Shown here in pieces: positions 52,452-64,000 of a stretch of DNA of 64,000 nucleotides. How positions within the stretch are numbered: the stretch's first letter is position 1; each line of letters opens with the position of its first letter. The notes below the pieces were generated by a model. It saw only the letters and a list, made by a program, of their open reading frames with translations, was not told where the DNA came from and searched no databases. The translations under genes and the position numbers were made by a program. This DNA is from Paraphysomonas bandaiensis (Eukaryota > Protista > Chrysophyceae), in the NCBI GenBank assembly GCA_965644295.1, contig CBFFRP010000298.1, forward strand, positions 434,001-498,000, in the 5' to 3' direction.

Positions 52452-55400
52452 TTATTCTATTGCAATATCATCTGTAATGTTTTCCCTGTTAGCTGCAGTA
52501 TTGCCATGATTTGCCTCCATTTCCACATGTTTACTATCAGGAAAACAGGAGCAATTATTATCACTGCTACCCCTTGCAAATTGTGATATACAACATGCGG
52601 ACAAGCGAACCGGTTCGCGTTCGTTTGGGTGCAATTGCTTCTGTACATCAGCCACACATTTCACGCCGACATCGTTTATAAAACGTTGAAAAAGTGCAGT
52701 TGTGACTTCATTGGCAAGGTGTACCTTTTCCGATCCCGTTTTACCTTTTACATATTCCTCGACAATATCAATGTCATCATATTGATTCAATCCCTTCCTA
52801 GCGAGGTCACTTCCAACGCTTCTGACAATACAATCCGCCCTGTCCGTCTTCATGCGATCAACACTACCAAGCACTCTACTTTTCCTGCTTACACCCTGTG
52901 GTGGTTGTGCGGACGCACAATACTTCGAGTGCAGATTGCTGTCGCGCAAATCCACATTATTGTCTGCCTCAGGTATAACAGTAGAAGTCTTGCCAAATGC
53001 AGTGCTATTCGTAGAGACTCCACATCTCTCTTCACAGACAAGACGCTCTTGTGATACAGCATACTTACCCTTCCTTACATCACCGTCACTTCTATCTATG
53101 CTGATCTCATTATCCTTCACTTCAACAGTTTTCAATTCAGGACGCAATAAATGATCTTTCTCTAGCTTCCTTTCCTCACTCCACTCCTTGTCTTCTTTTC
53201 TTTCGCAAATTTCCATCTCATCAAGCGCTATACATTCAGTGCGACTGGCCTCACCTTTCACCAACGAGTCATGGATAGAGCTAAGCTGGCCAGATTTGCC
53301 GGTTACAATCTCGTCACACATCCCGACAACTACACTGCTATCGTAAGGTGAATGAGCTATACTCTCTCCTGATATATTCTGCATCGTTTCCGTTGCTTCT
53401 GGTTGTGATTTTTTTTGTGATCCACTCAACTCGGGATTAACTTCAAAATTCATCCAGTCCTCAACAATCCGGTTTACCTCTTTCTCCTCTTCCTCAAGTT
53501 GACGAAACTTTTCCCTTCGCTCAGTCGTTTCATTTCCATGGCTCGTACTTCCAAGAAGCTTCGACTCTTCTTGACGAGCCTCACTTCTTCTCAAATATTC
53601 TTCGTTAGAGAAATACTCATCCAAACCAAGATATCCGTTTGACACACCCGCAGAAGAATCACTTAATTCATTGGCTTGTAATGTATCCACAGTAGCATTC
53701 ATAACACTTTCACTCTTAATAGAATCAGATGAGCACAGCGTCAGCTCTTTGCGCAACTGATTGTACTTCCGTCGCTCTTCGTATGCGTGTGCACACACTC
53801 TCTGCTTTTCCTGCTCTATCTCCTCGTAAACATCTTTGTACTCTATTTCCAACCGACGTACTTCTTCCCGGTACTGAGCAGCAGAAATATATCGGCTATC
53901 TCTTGCATTGAGGCGCTGCTTTAACAAAGCAAGCTCGTGTTCAATCCGCCACCTTTCGATTTCAAGACGCATCGATAAGGACTTCTCTTCACTCCTTACC
54001 CGGTTGTCAATTTCGATTAAATAAGCAGCAATAATATCCACTTGCTCATCATTATCAGAGTTCGACAGTTGAAAACCGCTTTCTGAGCCGTTGACGCCAA
54101 CAGAGTAAGAGCAGTCAGTACATTTCTCACCAGACTCTTCTTGCTGACAATCATAAAGGAAATTCTTCACATCTCCGACGTTATTTTCATAACCTGGGCT
54201 ACGAGAGTGAAACGAAAAGTTATTAATCATCATCTCCAATGATTCGTCCTCCCTTGTATTTTTCTGGACTTGGTTCGTAGACTCCGCCAGATTCTGGTCT
54301 TTCTGTCTCGGCCTTATACCACTCTCCTTGTCAATGTTACCAGAACCTGTAGACGGGATCCTTGTACCCAAAGTTGTCTTAGGTGGACTTGGCACACGCT
54401 GTCGTGCACGAGGTACTTGTCTCTCCACTACCAGGAGCTCCTCCTTTCCTTGCTTGATCGCAAACTGCGCCAGGCGACATTTAATAGAGTCATCACTGGA
54501 AGCACTTCGGAGGACATTGTCCTCCACAGTCTCATCACTGCTGACTGCGGGCTTCATTATCTTCCAACACTCTACAGACTGCTCACTAATATCACTGTCA
54601 TATTCATATCGTGAGTTTTCCACGGATGAGCAGCTCCTGTTTCTGCCCATCGATACTGAAGGAGAGGATAGTGGACCTTCAGGGTCGACATCAAGTATAG
54701 CAAATAGTCGTGACTTAATAGAGGTCCTAATACGGGCCAACTCATCCACATTATCTACGACAGGGTCAACTGATCTGACAACTTCTTTCGCCATTATTTC
54801 TGGACGGATCTGCCTCAATTCACCCATATTCCCATTAGCGGATACCTCTTCAGCGTCGATAATGTCATCACAGGACGAACTCATTTTCCGCACTGTTTCG
54901 CGATCCACTCCATTCCCACACGGTCGAAACTTTTTGTCCCTACTAGCTTGTTTTCCCATCCTTGTTATCGTGACACTTTCCATATTGGAATCCGTGACAC
55001 TGTAAGGGTCTTCAGTGGCGTCCAGAGTAAGTGAAGTTGTAACCTTAGATCTGGGTTTTTCATCTCCTTTACATTCGGATGACAATGACTTCACATGAGT
55101 GCCCTCAGTCTCAGTTATATTCCACTGTTCCCATGCCTTTACCTCGATAGGACTGCATCCAGGATCAGCTGAAAACACATCCTTTATTTGATCCTGCGAC
55201 TGGGCATGTGTCCTAAACCGGCTATTATGTATTCCAACTACTCCTTTTCTCTTGACTTTGTTATTTCTAATTCTCTGCTCAGGGGCGCCTCGCACTACAG
55301 ATGCAGCGACCGCATCGCCACTACTGATCCGAAACTCACGGCATGGGTGTGTGTTCGACTTCCGTAAAACACTCAAACTACGAACCGGTGACGCATCCAC

Positions 55401-56669
55401 TTCAGGGGAATTCCCCTTAGACTTATTCGTCGACTGAATAATTTCCCGGCACTTTATTTCAAGGGACTCCAGACGCGCTTTTCTACATTCTTTTTGTTTG
55501 CACGCATATTCACGTTTACGCTTGACTTCCTCAACCATCCTACGCCGTCGCTGCTTCAGGTACTTTCTCGCTGCTTCCTTACGTTTTTTCCGCCGGCTCT
55601 CCAGTGCATGGTAGTCCCTTTGTTCACTATTGGCCACGGCGCTAGTACGCTTCTCATTGCCTCCTACTGCGATGTTACTTGGACTAGATATACTTTCTCT
55701 ATCAGACTGTTCCTCACACGGCGTAATACAGGTACTCTCCATTCCTAATTCACTACTAGTGCTAACAAATTTGACAGGAATCTGCCTGATTCGTATATTC
55801 ACGCCTGGGGAAGGTAACTCCACACCATCATCTGTGACATCCGTCAGCACCCGCATAATATCTCCAGCAGTATTTTCCCTCCCGTCGACGGTAGATACAT
55901 GGCAGGCACGATATGCTTCCTCTTTGCGATCTCTCATTACAACTACTTTGCTCAGTCGGGGAACTGGGGGAAGGCCGCTAAGGCTGGAGGATCTTGCCAG
56001 CCTCACAGCACTCCCGCTGCTACGACTTGCCACGCTCCTCAGGTACTGTTCCCTTTCTCTGTCCCTGCCCCGGAACAAGCGTCGGACCGCAGCCGTGGAA
56101 AAAGAAGCCAACTGGGTGGGATCCTTTCCATTTTTCACCATTACCATTTCTGCACGACAGCGTGCTTTCGCCTGCTGGGAGGCCTTCATTCGCCTCCTGC
56201 TGTCAAGCTGATGCACCTTTTGCATTCTCTGAAGTAGCCCTTCTTTAGACAATTGGCTCTGTGGCACATAAACACAGCACTAAGCATAGTCAAGTCTATA
56301 AATATTCATATCAACCTTATTCTTTTCTTTTTGAAGCCGTTTCGCAGCTTTTTGGGTTCGATTATTTCCAGGCCTTAGACGAGGAACAGTTGAGCCTGAA
56401 CTGTGACGTTGACGAGGCTTAAAGACCTCTGATGAGCCTTTACAGGGAGATCTAATAGGGACATATGATGATTTGTTACTGTTTTTCTGTCTTGATTTAT
56501 AAGAATGTGTATTGTTTCTTTGAGTTGATGCTATTTCATTTGAAAGATGAGATGATTTCCCCTCATAATCACTGTGATTAGATGGTAAAATGTCTTGAAC
56601 ACTACTATCCCATTCTATGACAACATCTGCGTCATTTCCATCCCCCAGACGCTTACCAGACACACTCAT
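52452..56669 (-). CDS. Large, mostly disordered / coiled-coil protein of unknown function, 2 exons
   Basis: A short first exon is joined by a ~50-bp intron to a 1271-aa ORF with charged coiled-coil segments (LSMRLEIERWRIEHELALLKQ). Confidence 0.65.
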
Positions 56670-57238
56670 TGTCTTCTCCCTTGCACTAACACGTCTGATA
56701 CATGAAGACAGTTCTTAATTAAGAACAGTTGATTGTATGGTACTATATATGAATATATATATATAATGACAGAGATGCCTATCTCTCTATAGACATACAC
56801 CCTCACTATTACTACTATATGATACACTATATACTATATACGGACCACTCCTTCACTTCACTTCACTTCACTTCACACTTTCATAATTCACTTATTTCAC
56901 TTCATTTCCAAGCCACATTCTGAGATCAAAGATTCCCCTCTATGTATACAGTGAAGAATACGTTCTGTATTCTATTGGACTTGACAGGAGTACGATGTAA
57001 TATACTGTAAGTGAAACGTACTTTTGGACCTATATATCTATACATACATACGATACATATGTACAGTTGTCCTCCTGTTAACGTACCATACCGCTAAAAA
57101 TTACATAACATATAGATATTTCTGTACAATGAAGTTGAATGGCATATTACTTCTATTAACAATACGTCCACTTATAACTTACTTGTTAATACTCTGAATT
57201 ATAGATTGAATTAATAGTATCAATAGAAATACTATACA

Positions 57239-58614
57239 ATGGGAGGTGGACAAGCAAAAGGATTCGTTCCTAATAATAAACCTGGACAAGGAGAGGACTG
57301 TGTAGCTGCTCTAAAGCTATTAGAGCTTTCACCACAAGAAATGGGAGTTATTCATTCATCATTTTGTGAGTTTGATACAGGTGGATCTGGAAATGTACTT
57401 ATATCAAAATTCTTATCCGATTTACTGCTCGGTATATATATACATCAGCCTGTGTCGCCCTGTCATATAATTCTAATTCACAGAGACCACACCTGTGACT
57501 AAAGAGGTCTTTGATATTAAGGTATCAACACAGACTATGAATTTCAAAGAGGTAACAGCACTATTGTCTCCTGCAATGTATGATGATATGTACTTAGTTT
57601 GCGATAAATTGTTGGTTCTTTTGCACAAAAACAAGGGCTGATGTTGCGGGCATGATTTTCGACATGTACGACACCAAGGGTTCTGAAGCCTTCGGTTCAG
57701 TGATTATGAACGGGTACCTTACCAACGATGAAATAAAAATTATGTTCAAAGAAGTCTATGGTCAGAAACCGTGCTCTGCTAACGTTGATGAAATTTTGTC
57801 TAAGGTATCACCACCTGACAAACTTTGGATAGAACTAATATTTTCTAGATGAACAGAAAAATTGAAAATCAGACTAATCGAGCGGAGTTTATGGAGGCAG
57901 CAGATGACTTTTCAGCACTGCTTTACCCTGTCTACAGTATGCAGTCGACACTTTGTAATAGGGTGGGTGGACAGCAGTTTTGGCGGAATGTATCGCAAAG
58001 AATGAAAAAGTCAGTACTATATATTTTCTGCTGACTGTTAAATTCTAAGGATTTTACGTAGTGTTATGGCGAACCCCCAGGCACAGGCCTTATTTTTGCA
58101 TAAGAGATCAGTTCAAGTGCGGAGATATTTCGAGCAGGGATCGCAATTCGTACCTCCCAATATGATGAGTTATCCACCACAGCAACAGATGGGTGTACCC
58201 CAAATGCAGCAAATGCACCCTCAAGCACAAGTGGTCAATGCACAGCCACACATGGGTCAACCTCAACAACAGATGGGCTATGTGCAGCAACAGCCACAAA
58301 TGGGATATCCTCAACAGCAGCAAGTAATGGGTTACCCTCAACAGCAACAACCACAAATGGGATACCCCCAGCAGCCAATGGGTTATCCTCAACAGCAGCA
58401 AGTAATGGTTTACCCTCAACAGCAGCAAGCAATGGGTTACCCTCAACAGCAACCACAAATGGGATACCCCCAGCAGCCAATGGGTTATCCTCAGCAACAA
58501 CAAGTAATGGGTTATCCTCAGCAACAACAAGTAGTGGGTTATCCTCAGCAGCAGCTACCCCAGATGGCTTATGCTGCTAGCCCACCACAGCAAGCGACTC
58601 AGCAGCAAGCTTAA
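57239..58614 (+). CDS. Probably myristoylated EF-hand (calcineurin-B/NCS-like) protein with a GYPQQQ-repeat tail, multi-exon
   Basis: MGGGQAK N-terminus, EF-like DTGGSGNVL and FDMYDTKGS...GYLTNDE, LLYPVYSMQSTL...GGQQFW, and a (M)GYPQQQ repeat tail. Confidence 0.75.
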
Positions 58615-58816
58615 CTTTATTTGTGTATAAGGTAGCATCAGTCACAATTAGACAGCAGCTACTTGATTGTAATTTTATGCGTTAAAAATAATATATCATC
58701 TTACCACGCAAGGCTACATCATCCATGTCACTCGACTTACCGCTGTGGAGTTGTCTTCTCACTGTAGCTAGACTCCTGCGATGACGTAATATATCTCAAT
58801 TTTGTGCTCTCTAACT

Positions 58817-59109
58817 CCCTCAACAAATTCGGACTCGCACCTTCTTATCGTGGTGTTCTGGGAGATAAGTTTATAGTCAGCAGATATTGTTCTGCCTACT
58901 CATAGCCAAATGCTTGTGTGGTACAAGGCACGCTAATAAGCGTCACTTGTGTAGAAGTCTTTGGGCCTTGACGAATAAACAGGCACTCAGGAATGGGCCC
59001 TCCTCATGGGTATTTGGGGTATTGGGCTTTTTGCTGAAGTCAAGCACCCGGGGCTGTTCTCCTCAAAGCAGCAGATGTCAGGTATATCAACCTTCTGCTT
59101 TCTCACTGA
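58817..59109 (+). repeat. Dispersed repeat family, copy 3
   Basis: Shares TCGGACTC..GGTGTTCTGGG.GATAAGT and CTGAAGTCAAGCA blocks with copy 2. Confidence 0.8.
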
Positions 59110-59838
59110 CTCTTAAACGCCTACTATTGCTTATAATATCTACCGCTCTCTAACTTTGTAATTGCTAAATGAACGACCTGATCTCTGCTCTATCGGTTTT
59201 ACTTTACCTGCTGTGACCTTTTTGTTTGTAATGACTTGGCTTATAATCAAAATTGATTAGACTGAATCTTTTATTACTTTGATTCGGCATTTACACCGAA
59301 ATTGGTGTGACTACATATTTCTACTAGACTCAATATTGAACACTATCACTATTGGGAATAGTACGTGTCATGCGTTTTATACACTAATAATACCCCTTGT
59401 ATTGAGGTAGTGAAAGTGACAGTTTAGCTGTTACGCTTGGCCTAAATAAGGATCATAGGCATGACCATCCACATAAAAATAAGCTTGACTCGTAAAACTC
59501 ATATCATCAAATTTGCTCACCTCATTTGTTTCCATATAAAACCCATTCGTACAAGTTGATTACATATTACTGGTCTAGAGATAGTAGCATTCTATGAGTT
59601 GATTAGATGTCATTGAGATACTAGGCGACCCAACTTCATCTGTATGGAGTGGAGATCCATTCTGTATCAATATCCTGTCCTTGTGATTGAATAATTTGAA
59701 GTGATGAATGAATAGATGACATATTGTAGTCGAATTTGATAATGAAACATGACTCTAATAGTGATCGCGGAGGTCTGTTTGATTCATATGAGATGTCAAG
59801 TGCTCTGAGAGTGTGATGTATCCAGCCAAAGACCTATC

Positions 59839-59951
59839 GGCAGTCAGCATCTCACTCTTCGGAAATAAATTGAAGAAAAAGTACTCTATATTACTGAAAT
59901 ACAACTACGGCTGGAATACAGATAATTGTTATCTCAATATTTGAGGCATCT
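59839..59951 (+). repeat. 113-bp direct repeat, copy 1 (copy 2 at 60920-61032)
   Basis: GGCAGTCAGCATCT...ACAACTACGG.TGGAATACAGATAATTGTT.TCTCAATATT.GAGGCATCT occurs in both copies. Confidence 0.85.
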
Positions 59952-60083
59952 AAGGAGGTATGTGAGGGCGCGGACCTTGATGAGTCTACAGTTAATGCTT
60001 GTGATGGAGAAGCTCATTGTGTGAAGCTCTCGAGCACTGAATTTGAGACTGAAGATTCTTCTATGGTTAGCAGTTAGCACCTG

Positions 60084-60805
60084 CAAGGATGAGGCTAAGC
60101 TGTATGCTTGTTATCCTTCCTCGAAACGTTTTTCTTCAGCACACACTGTAGGTAGAGTAGTAATATTAGTCAAAGTTTTGTGTGACACGGGTGCGATTGT
60201 GGCAAGAGATTGCTCCATTCTGAGCGCGTACTTAGGTAGATCCGGGAGGGTACCTAACTAATACTTGATTAAGTCCCATACGCTATTTGCTAGCTACCTA
60301 CTGAACCCAACTAGCTACATCATTATCACACGGTATTTAGCGCTGAATATTCAGTGAGAACCCGGGTAGGGAAGCGCTGAGCTAAGCAATATGTACATAG
60401 GTAGAGGTGCGCGGTCGCAGCACTCAGCAGCACCCACTAGAGGGTCGCACGCAGTGATTAGTTTCGCTGTCAATATGGGCAGAGATTTAGTAGAGAAACT
60501 TCGGGATAAGTTACAGCCAAGTCGCTTTTATAAAGTCAAGCATAGAGTGGTATATAGTCGAACACCTTCACTCAAAATCTTGGACTGTTCTGCTGTCGAC
60601 CAACACCACTCTATGCTTGACTTTATAATAGCGGCTTGGCTGTAACTAATCCTGATGTTTCTCTACTAAATCTCTTGCCACATAATTTGCCACAATCGCA
60701 CCCGTGTCACACAAAACTTTGACTATTACTATTGTACCTACAGTGTGTGCTGAAGAAAATCGTTTTGAGGTAGGATAACAGGCATATAGCTTAGCCTCAT
60801 CCTTG
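60084..60805. repeat. Long imperfect inverted repeat (fold-back) with ~190-bp arms and a 53-nt loop
   Basis: 60084-60211 plus 60488-60551 pair with 60605-60805. Confidence 0.9.
60212..60480. mobile_element. 269-bp insertion in the left arm of the fold-back (probable small non-autonomous TE)
   Basis: Flanked by duplicated AGAGATT at 60205-60211 and 60481-60487, absent from the right arm, with only weak terminal complementarity. Confidence 0.55.
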
Positions 60806-60919
60806 ACTAGTTCTTCTATCTCAAACTTTTAATCTATTACTATTGTACATACTCTACCTAGCTACAGTGTGTGCTGAAATATACAAACGATGCTGGCTGA
60901 TACGGATATAGTGCGTATT

Positions 60920-61032
60920 GGCAGTCAGCATCTTATTTTTCGGAAATATATTGAAGCAAATATATACTATATAACTGCAAGACAACTACGGTTGGAATAC
61001 AGATAATTGTTGTCTCAATATTAGAGGCATCT
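60920..61032 (+). repeat. 113-bp direct repeat, copy 2
   Basis: Matches 59839-59951. Confidence 0.85.
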
Positions 61033-61338
61033 TTCAACAAAAATATACAAAGGATGCCGACAGGATGGTCGGAAAAATCTGAGAGAAATGGGGGGTTTCT
61101 ACATGTAGAAAATGGGGATTATATAGTACAGTAGTTCACAGGGGGTACTAAAACAAGTAAAAAGCGGTTGTTTTGTGTCTGTTGTGTGTATATTCACTGC
61201 AGTATATTCATAGCATAACAGCTACTCTGTACTGCTGTATGTACAATACATATGTACATATGTACAGTACGTACTCCATACTGCTGTGTATCTCTCTATG
61301 AAACTACGTAAGCTCATAATATCTACTTCACAGCAGAG

Positions 61339-64000
61339 ATGTCCACCTATCCACCCCTGGGTGTTCTCATTATACCATTTGAGCCTCATCATGGTGGATT
61401 AATGAGTATGTCTATTGCCATAGGGGGCTTATGTATGATATAGCTGTGAGAGGCTGATAGCAGCTCGTCTCTTACATACCCTCATTATGAGCGATGAAAT
61501 GAAGCATTATACAGCAAATCACTATGAAGGGATGATGGAAACATACCCAGAAGAGTGGGATGATAATGACATGGATACAGAGGACATAAAGAAGAAAACA
61601 GATCAAAGGGATGTGGATTATGTTGGAAGACTTAAACGCAGATCGAATTTACTGGCAGATATGAGGAATGCTTACTTGCGGGATGTTATTGCTGTGAGGC
61701 ATCTAATTGAAGATATGCTGTCAGATGATGAACGTTCAAAGCTAATCAAACAGATATGTGAAACAATTCCTAGTTTAGATTTGAATCAGCATTTGAAACT
61801 TCACTCTCCTTCAAATACGTCAATGAATTTAATACCATGCGAAAGCTGTGGAGGAAGTGTAGAATTTCTGATTCATGATAGTCCAGAAATTTTAAAACTA
61901 TCAGAGCAGATAAATCACATGAATAGGAACAAGGCAGAGCTTCGAGTAGTAATTGCTACTAAAAATACCGAGCTAGAGGATTTGCAAACGAAGTTGGCTG
62001 AAAACGCAGCCAAGCACAGAGCTGAGGTAACATCTATTACGATTTTGTAACAGTGCACCGTAGTCAGTGTGTTTGTATCCAGAAAAATGTTTTGTTTGCT
62101 GAAATAAAAGAAGTGAAGTCTCAAATCGATATTCTCCGTAAGAGTAACGAACAGCTGGTCTTTGCTAATCATACCTATAAAACTGAGAACGCCGACTTGA
62201 AGCTGCTGACTACTGATGCAACAGAGCTGCGGCAAAGCTTGTTGGAGGTCGAAGCGGAACGTGATCATCTACGGCGTGAGCTGACTGAAGCATGTGCAAT
62301 GCAGCAGAAGTACAACGATCAAGTTATCTCTCTGAATGGTGATATGGAGGCCATGGTAGGTGAACATTCTCAATTATTTTGTTAATCTCTTGTCATCTAG
62401 GTGCATCGTCACGATAGCATCTCCCAGCAGCTTGAACAGGCTAAAGAAGATGTGAAGGTCACGAAAGAGGCTCTCAAATCACAGGAGAAGCACACACTGA
62501 CATTCCAGAAGAAAAGCATGCAACTGGAGTCTCGGTTGGAAACCTCGAAAATGTTGACTGAAACCCTTCAGGTACTTTCCATCTGTGTATATTTAACCTA
62601 TTTCATTGTAAATGTCTAGAAAGAAAAGGCGGGTCTTTCAGAAGAGCTTCGGTTATTAAATGAAAGTACCACTGCCGAGATTGGTGATCTGAAGAGGACA
62701 ATAGAGGAGCTTCATGGAGCGCAAGAGGTTTGTGTGGTAGACAATAACGTTCACACATCATAGTTTGTGAGCGTAGGAACTAGAAGGGGAGATGACGAGT
62801 GTGAAAGAGACCTTACAGAATAAATGCGACGAAATTGATGTTTTGAGGCAAGAAATTAGTGAATCTCTTACACAGTACGAGGAGTATAGCAGTGTCACTG
62901 AGCGGACTATGTCTGACCTCAGATCAGGAATAGCTGCTCGTCAACAGCGTGTGGACGACTTGGAGTCTGAGTCGAAGGATCTAAGAAATGTCAATGTGGA
63001 GCTTGAGTTGAGGGTGGAACAGCTTCAGAAGCAGGTTTCAGAGGTAACGATGCATTCCCAAGCACTACAGGAACGTGTAGAAGATTCTGAAAATAAGGTG
63101 ATGGAGCTCGTAGGAGAGGTAGCGAAAAAGGAGGAAGTCATCAAGAGCTTGGAAGAGACTGCTTTGGGGATCAGAGGAGAACTTGAGGAAGCAAAAACGA
63201 AGATCGAGCAGCTAGAAAAAGAGGCAGAGGAAAATGCGAAGAATTCTCGATCACGTTTGAGTTCTCGAACTGCCTTGCGTAGTATGTCAACGGCTTCACG
63301 ATCCAACTCAAGGGTGACTACGTTGAGTCGAGCAGGTGTCGAGGACACTGTGGAAGGGGATAACTTTTCCACTGAAGATAACAGAACAAAGAGAAGAAGT
63401 ATTAGGCCAATTATAAGAGGGGCCCGATCAGTGAGAACGGAGACAGATGATGCGGAGATGGGGAAAGATGTAGACGTGGAGTCAGGAAAATCACGTAGTA
63501 GTTTCGTTTCTCGCCGCTCAAGATCGATTACGAGGTCTCCAATATGTACCTCACCAACTCTCTCCAGATCTCCTAGTAGCAGTCGCTCTCTGACGAAGCA
63601 GTCCGACAAGAGCACCGAGGAGGTGGAGGTGGAGGCAGGCACTATAGCTGATAACGTAGCAGATTGGGAATCACCAGATGACAGTCCTGATAAGAAAGGT
63701 AATGGTACGGGACGATATCCAGAACCGTCCATTGAGCATGGATCGAATGATACTGTTATCCACTCGTCTCCCACATCTGTTGATATAAATGAGTCAGAAG
63801 TCAAACTTCCGGCACGGAACCGACGCGCTCCTGTATTACGACACTCACACTCCACTCCTCAAAGATCTATAAATAGATCTCGAAATGCAAGGCGTCTTCC
63901 GAAGTCGCACTCGTCTATAGCCTCATCAGAAACACTGCCATTCACCGATGACTCGTCGCGTTCTGATGGTTGCGTTATTTCGGGGTCTGAGAACTGTTAT
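61339..64000 (+). CDS. Long coiled-coil protein of unknown function with a CxxC motif, multi-exon, continues past the window end
   Basis: A first exon (MSTYPPLGVLIIPFEPHHGGLM) splices in frame to ...MRNAYLRDVI...PCESCGG, followed by heptad-rich exons. The frame is open to 64000. Confidence 0.7.

Noticed and set aside
63025-63855. Long antisense ORFs (276 aa here; also 54328-55005, 38035-38676 and 8455-9153)
   Set aside because: Shadows of real coding sequence on the opposite strand, with no domain signal.

Overview
Gene-dense eukaryotic DNA, most likely from a flagellated stramenopile protist (chrysophyte/ochrophyte-like; this is inferred from gene content, ~45-55 bp spliceosomal introns and P-T/S 'PSSEPS' stalk repeats). 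About 20 protein genes are present, mostly in head-to-head pairs: JmjN/JmjC demethylase, HEATR5, cytidylyltransferase, CDP-alcohol phosphotransferase, PLRG1, a Kelch/Asp-box membrane protein, M28 peptidase, LAMMER kinase, PH-filamin protein, beta-lactamase-like hydrolase, ECHS1, DPH1, ankyrin protein, CMTR-like methyltransferase, MYND protein, and EF-hand and coiled-coil proteins. Main points of interest: (1) a probably myristoylated EF-hand protein with four near-identical 350-aa phosphagen-kinase domains that lack key catalytic residues; (2) a divergent cytidylyltransferase + CDP-alcohol phosphotransferase pair that looks like a two-gene pathway; (3) an internally deleted hAT element with perfect TIRs and an 8-bp TSD; (4) a long fold-back whose transitions are all G-U compatible, interrupted by a nested insertion; (5) a 10-mer, TACAGCAGTA, strongly enriched upstream of start codons; (6) an ankyrin gene with one repeat per exon. 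No rRNA, tRNA or CRISPR array was seen. Exon boundaries were read by eye and are provisional.
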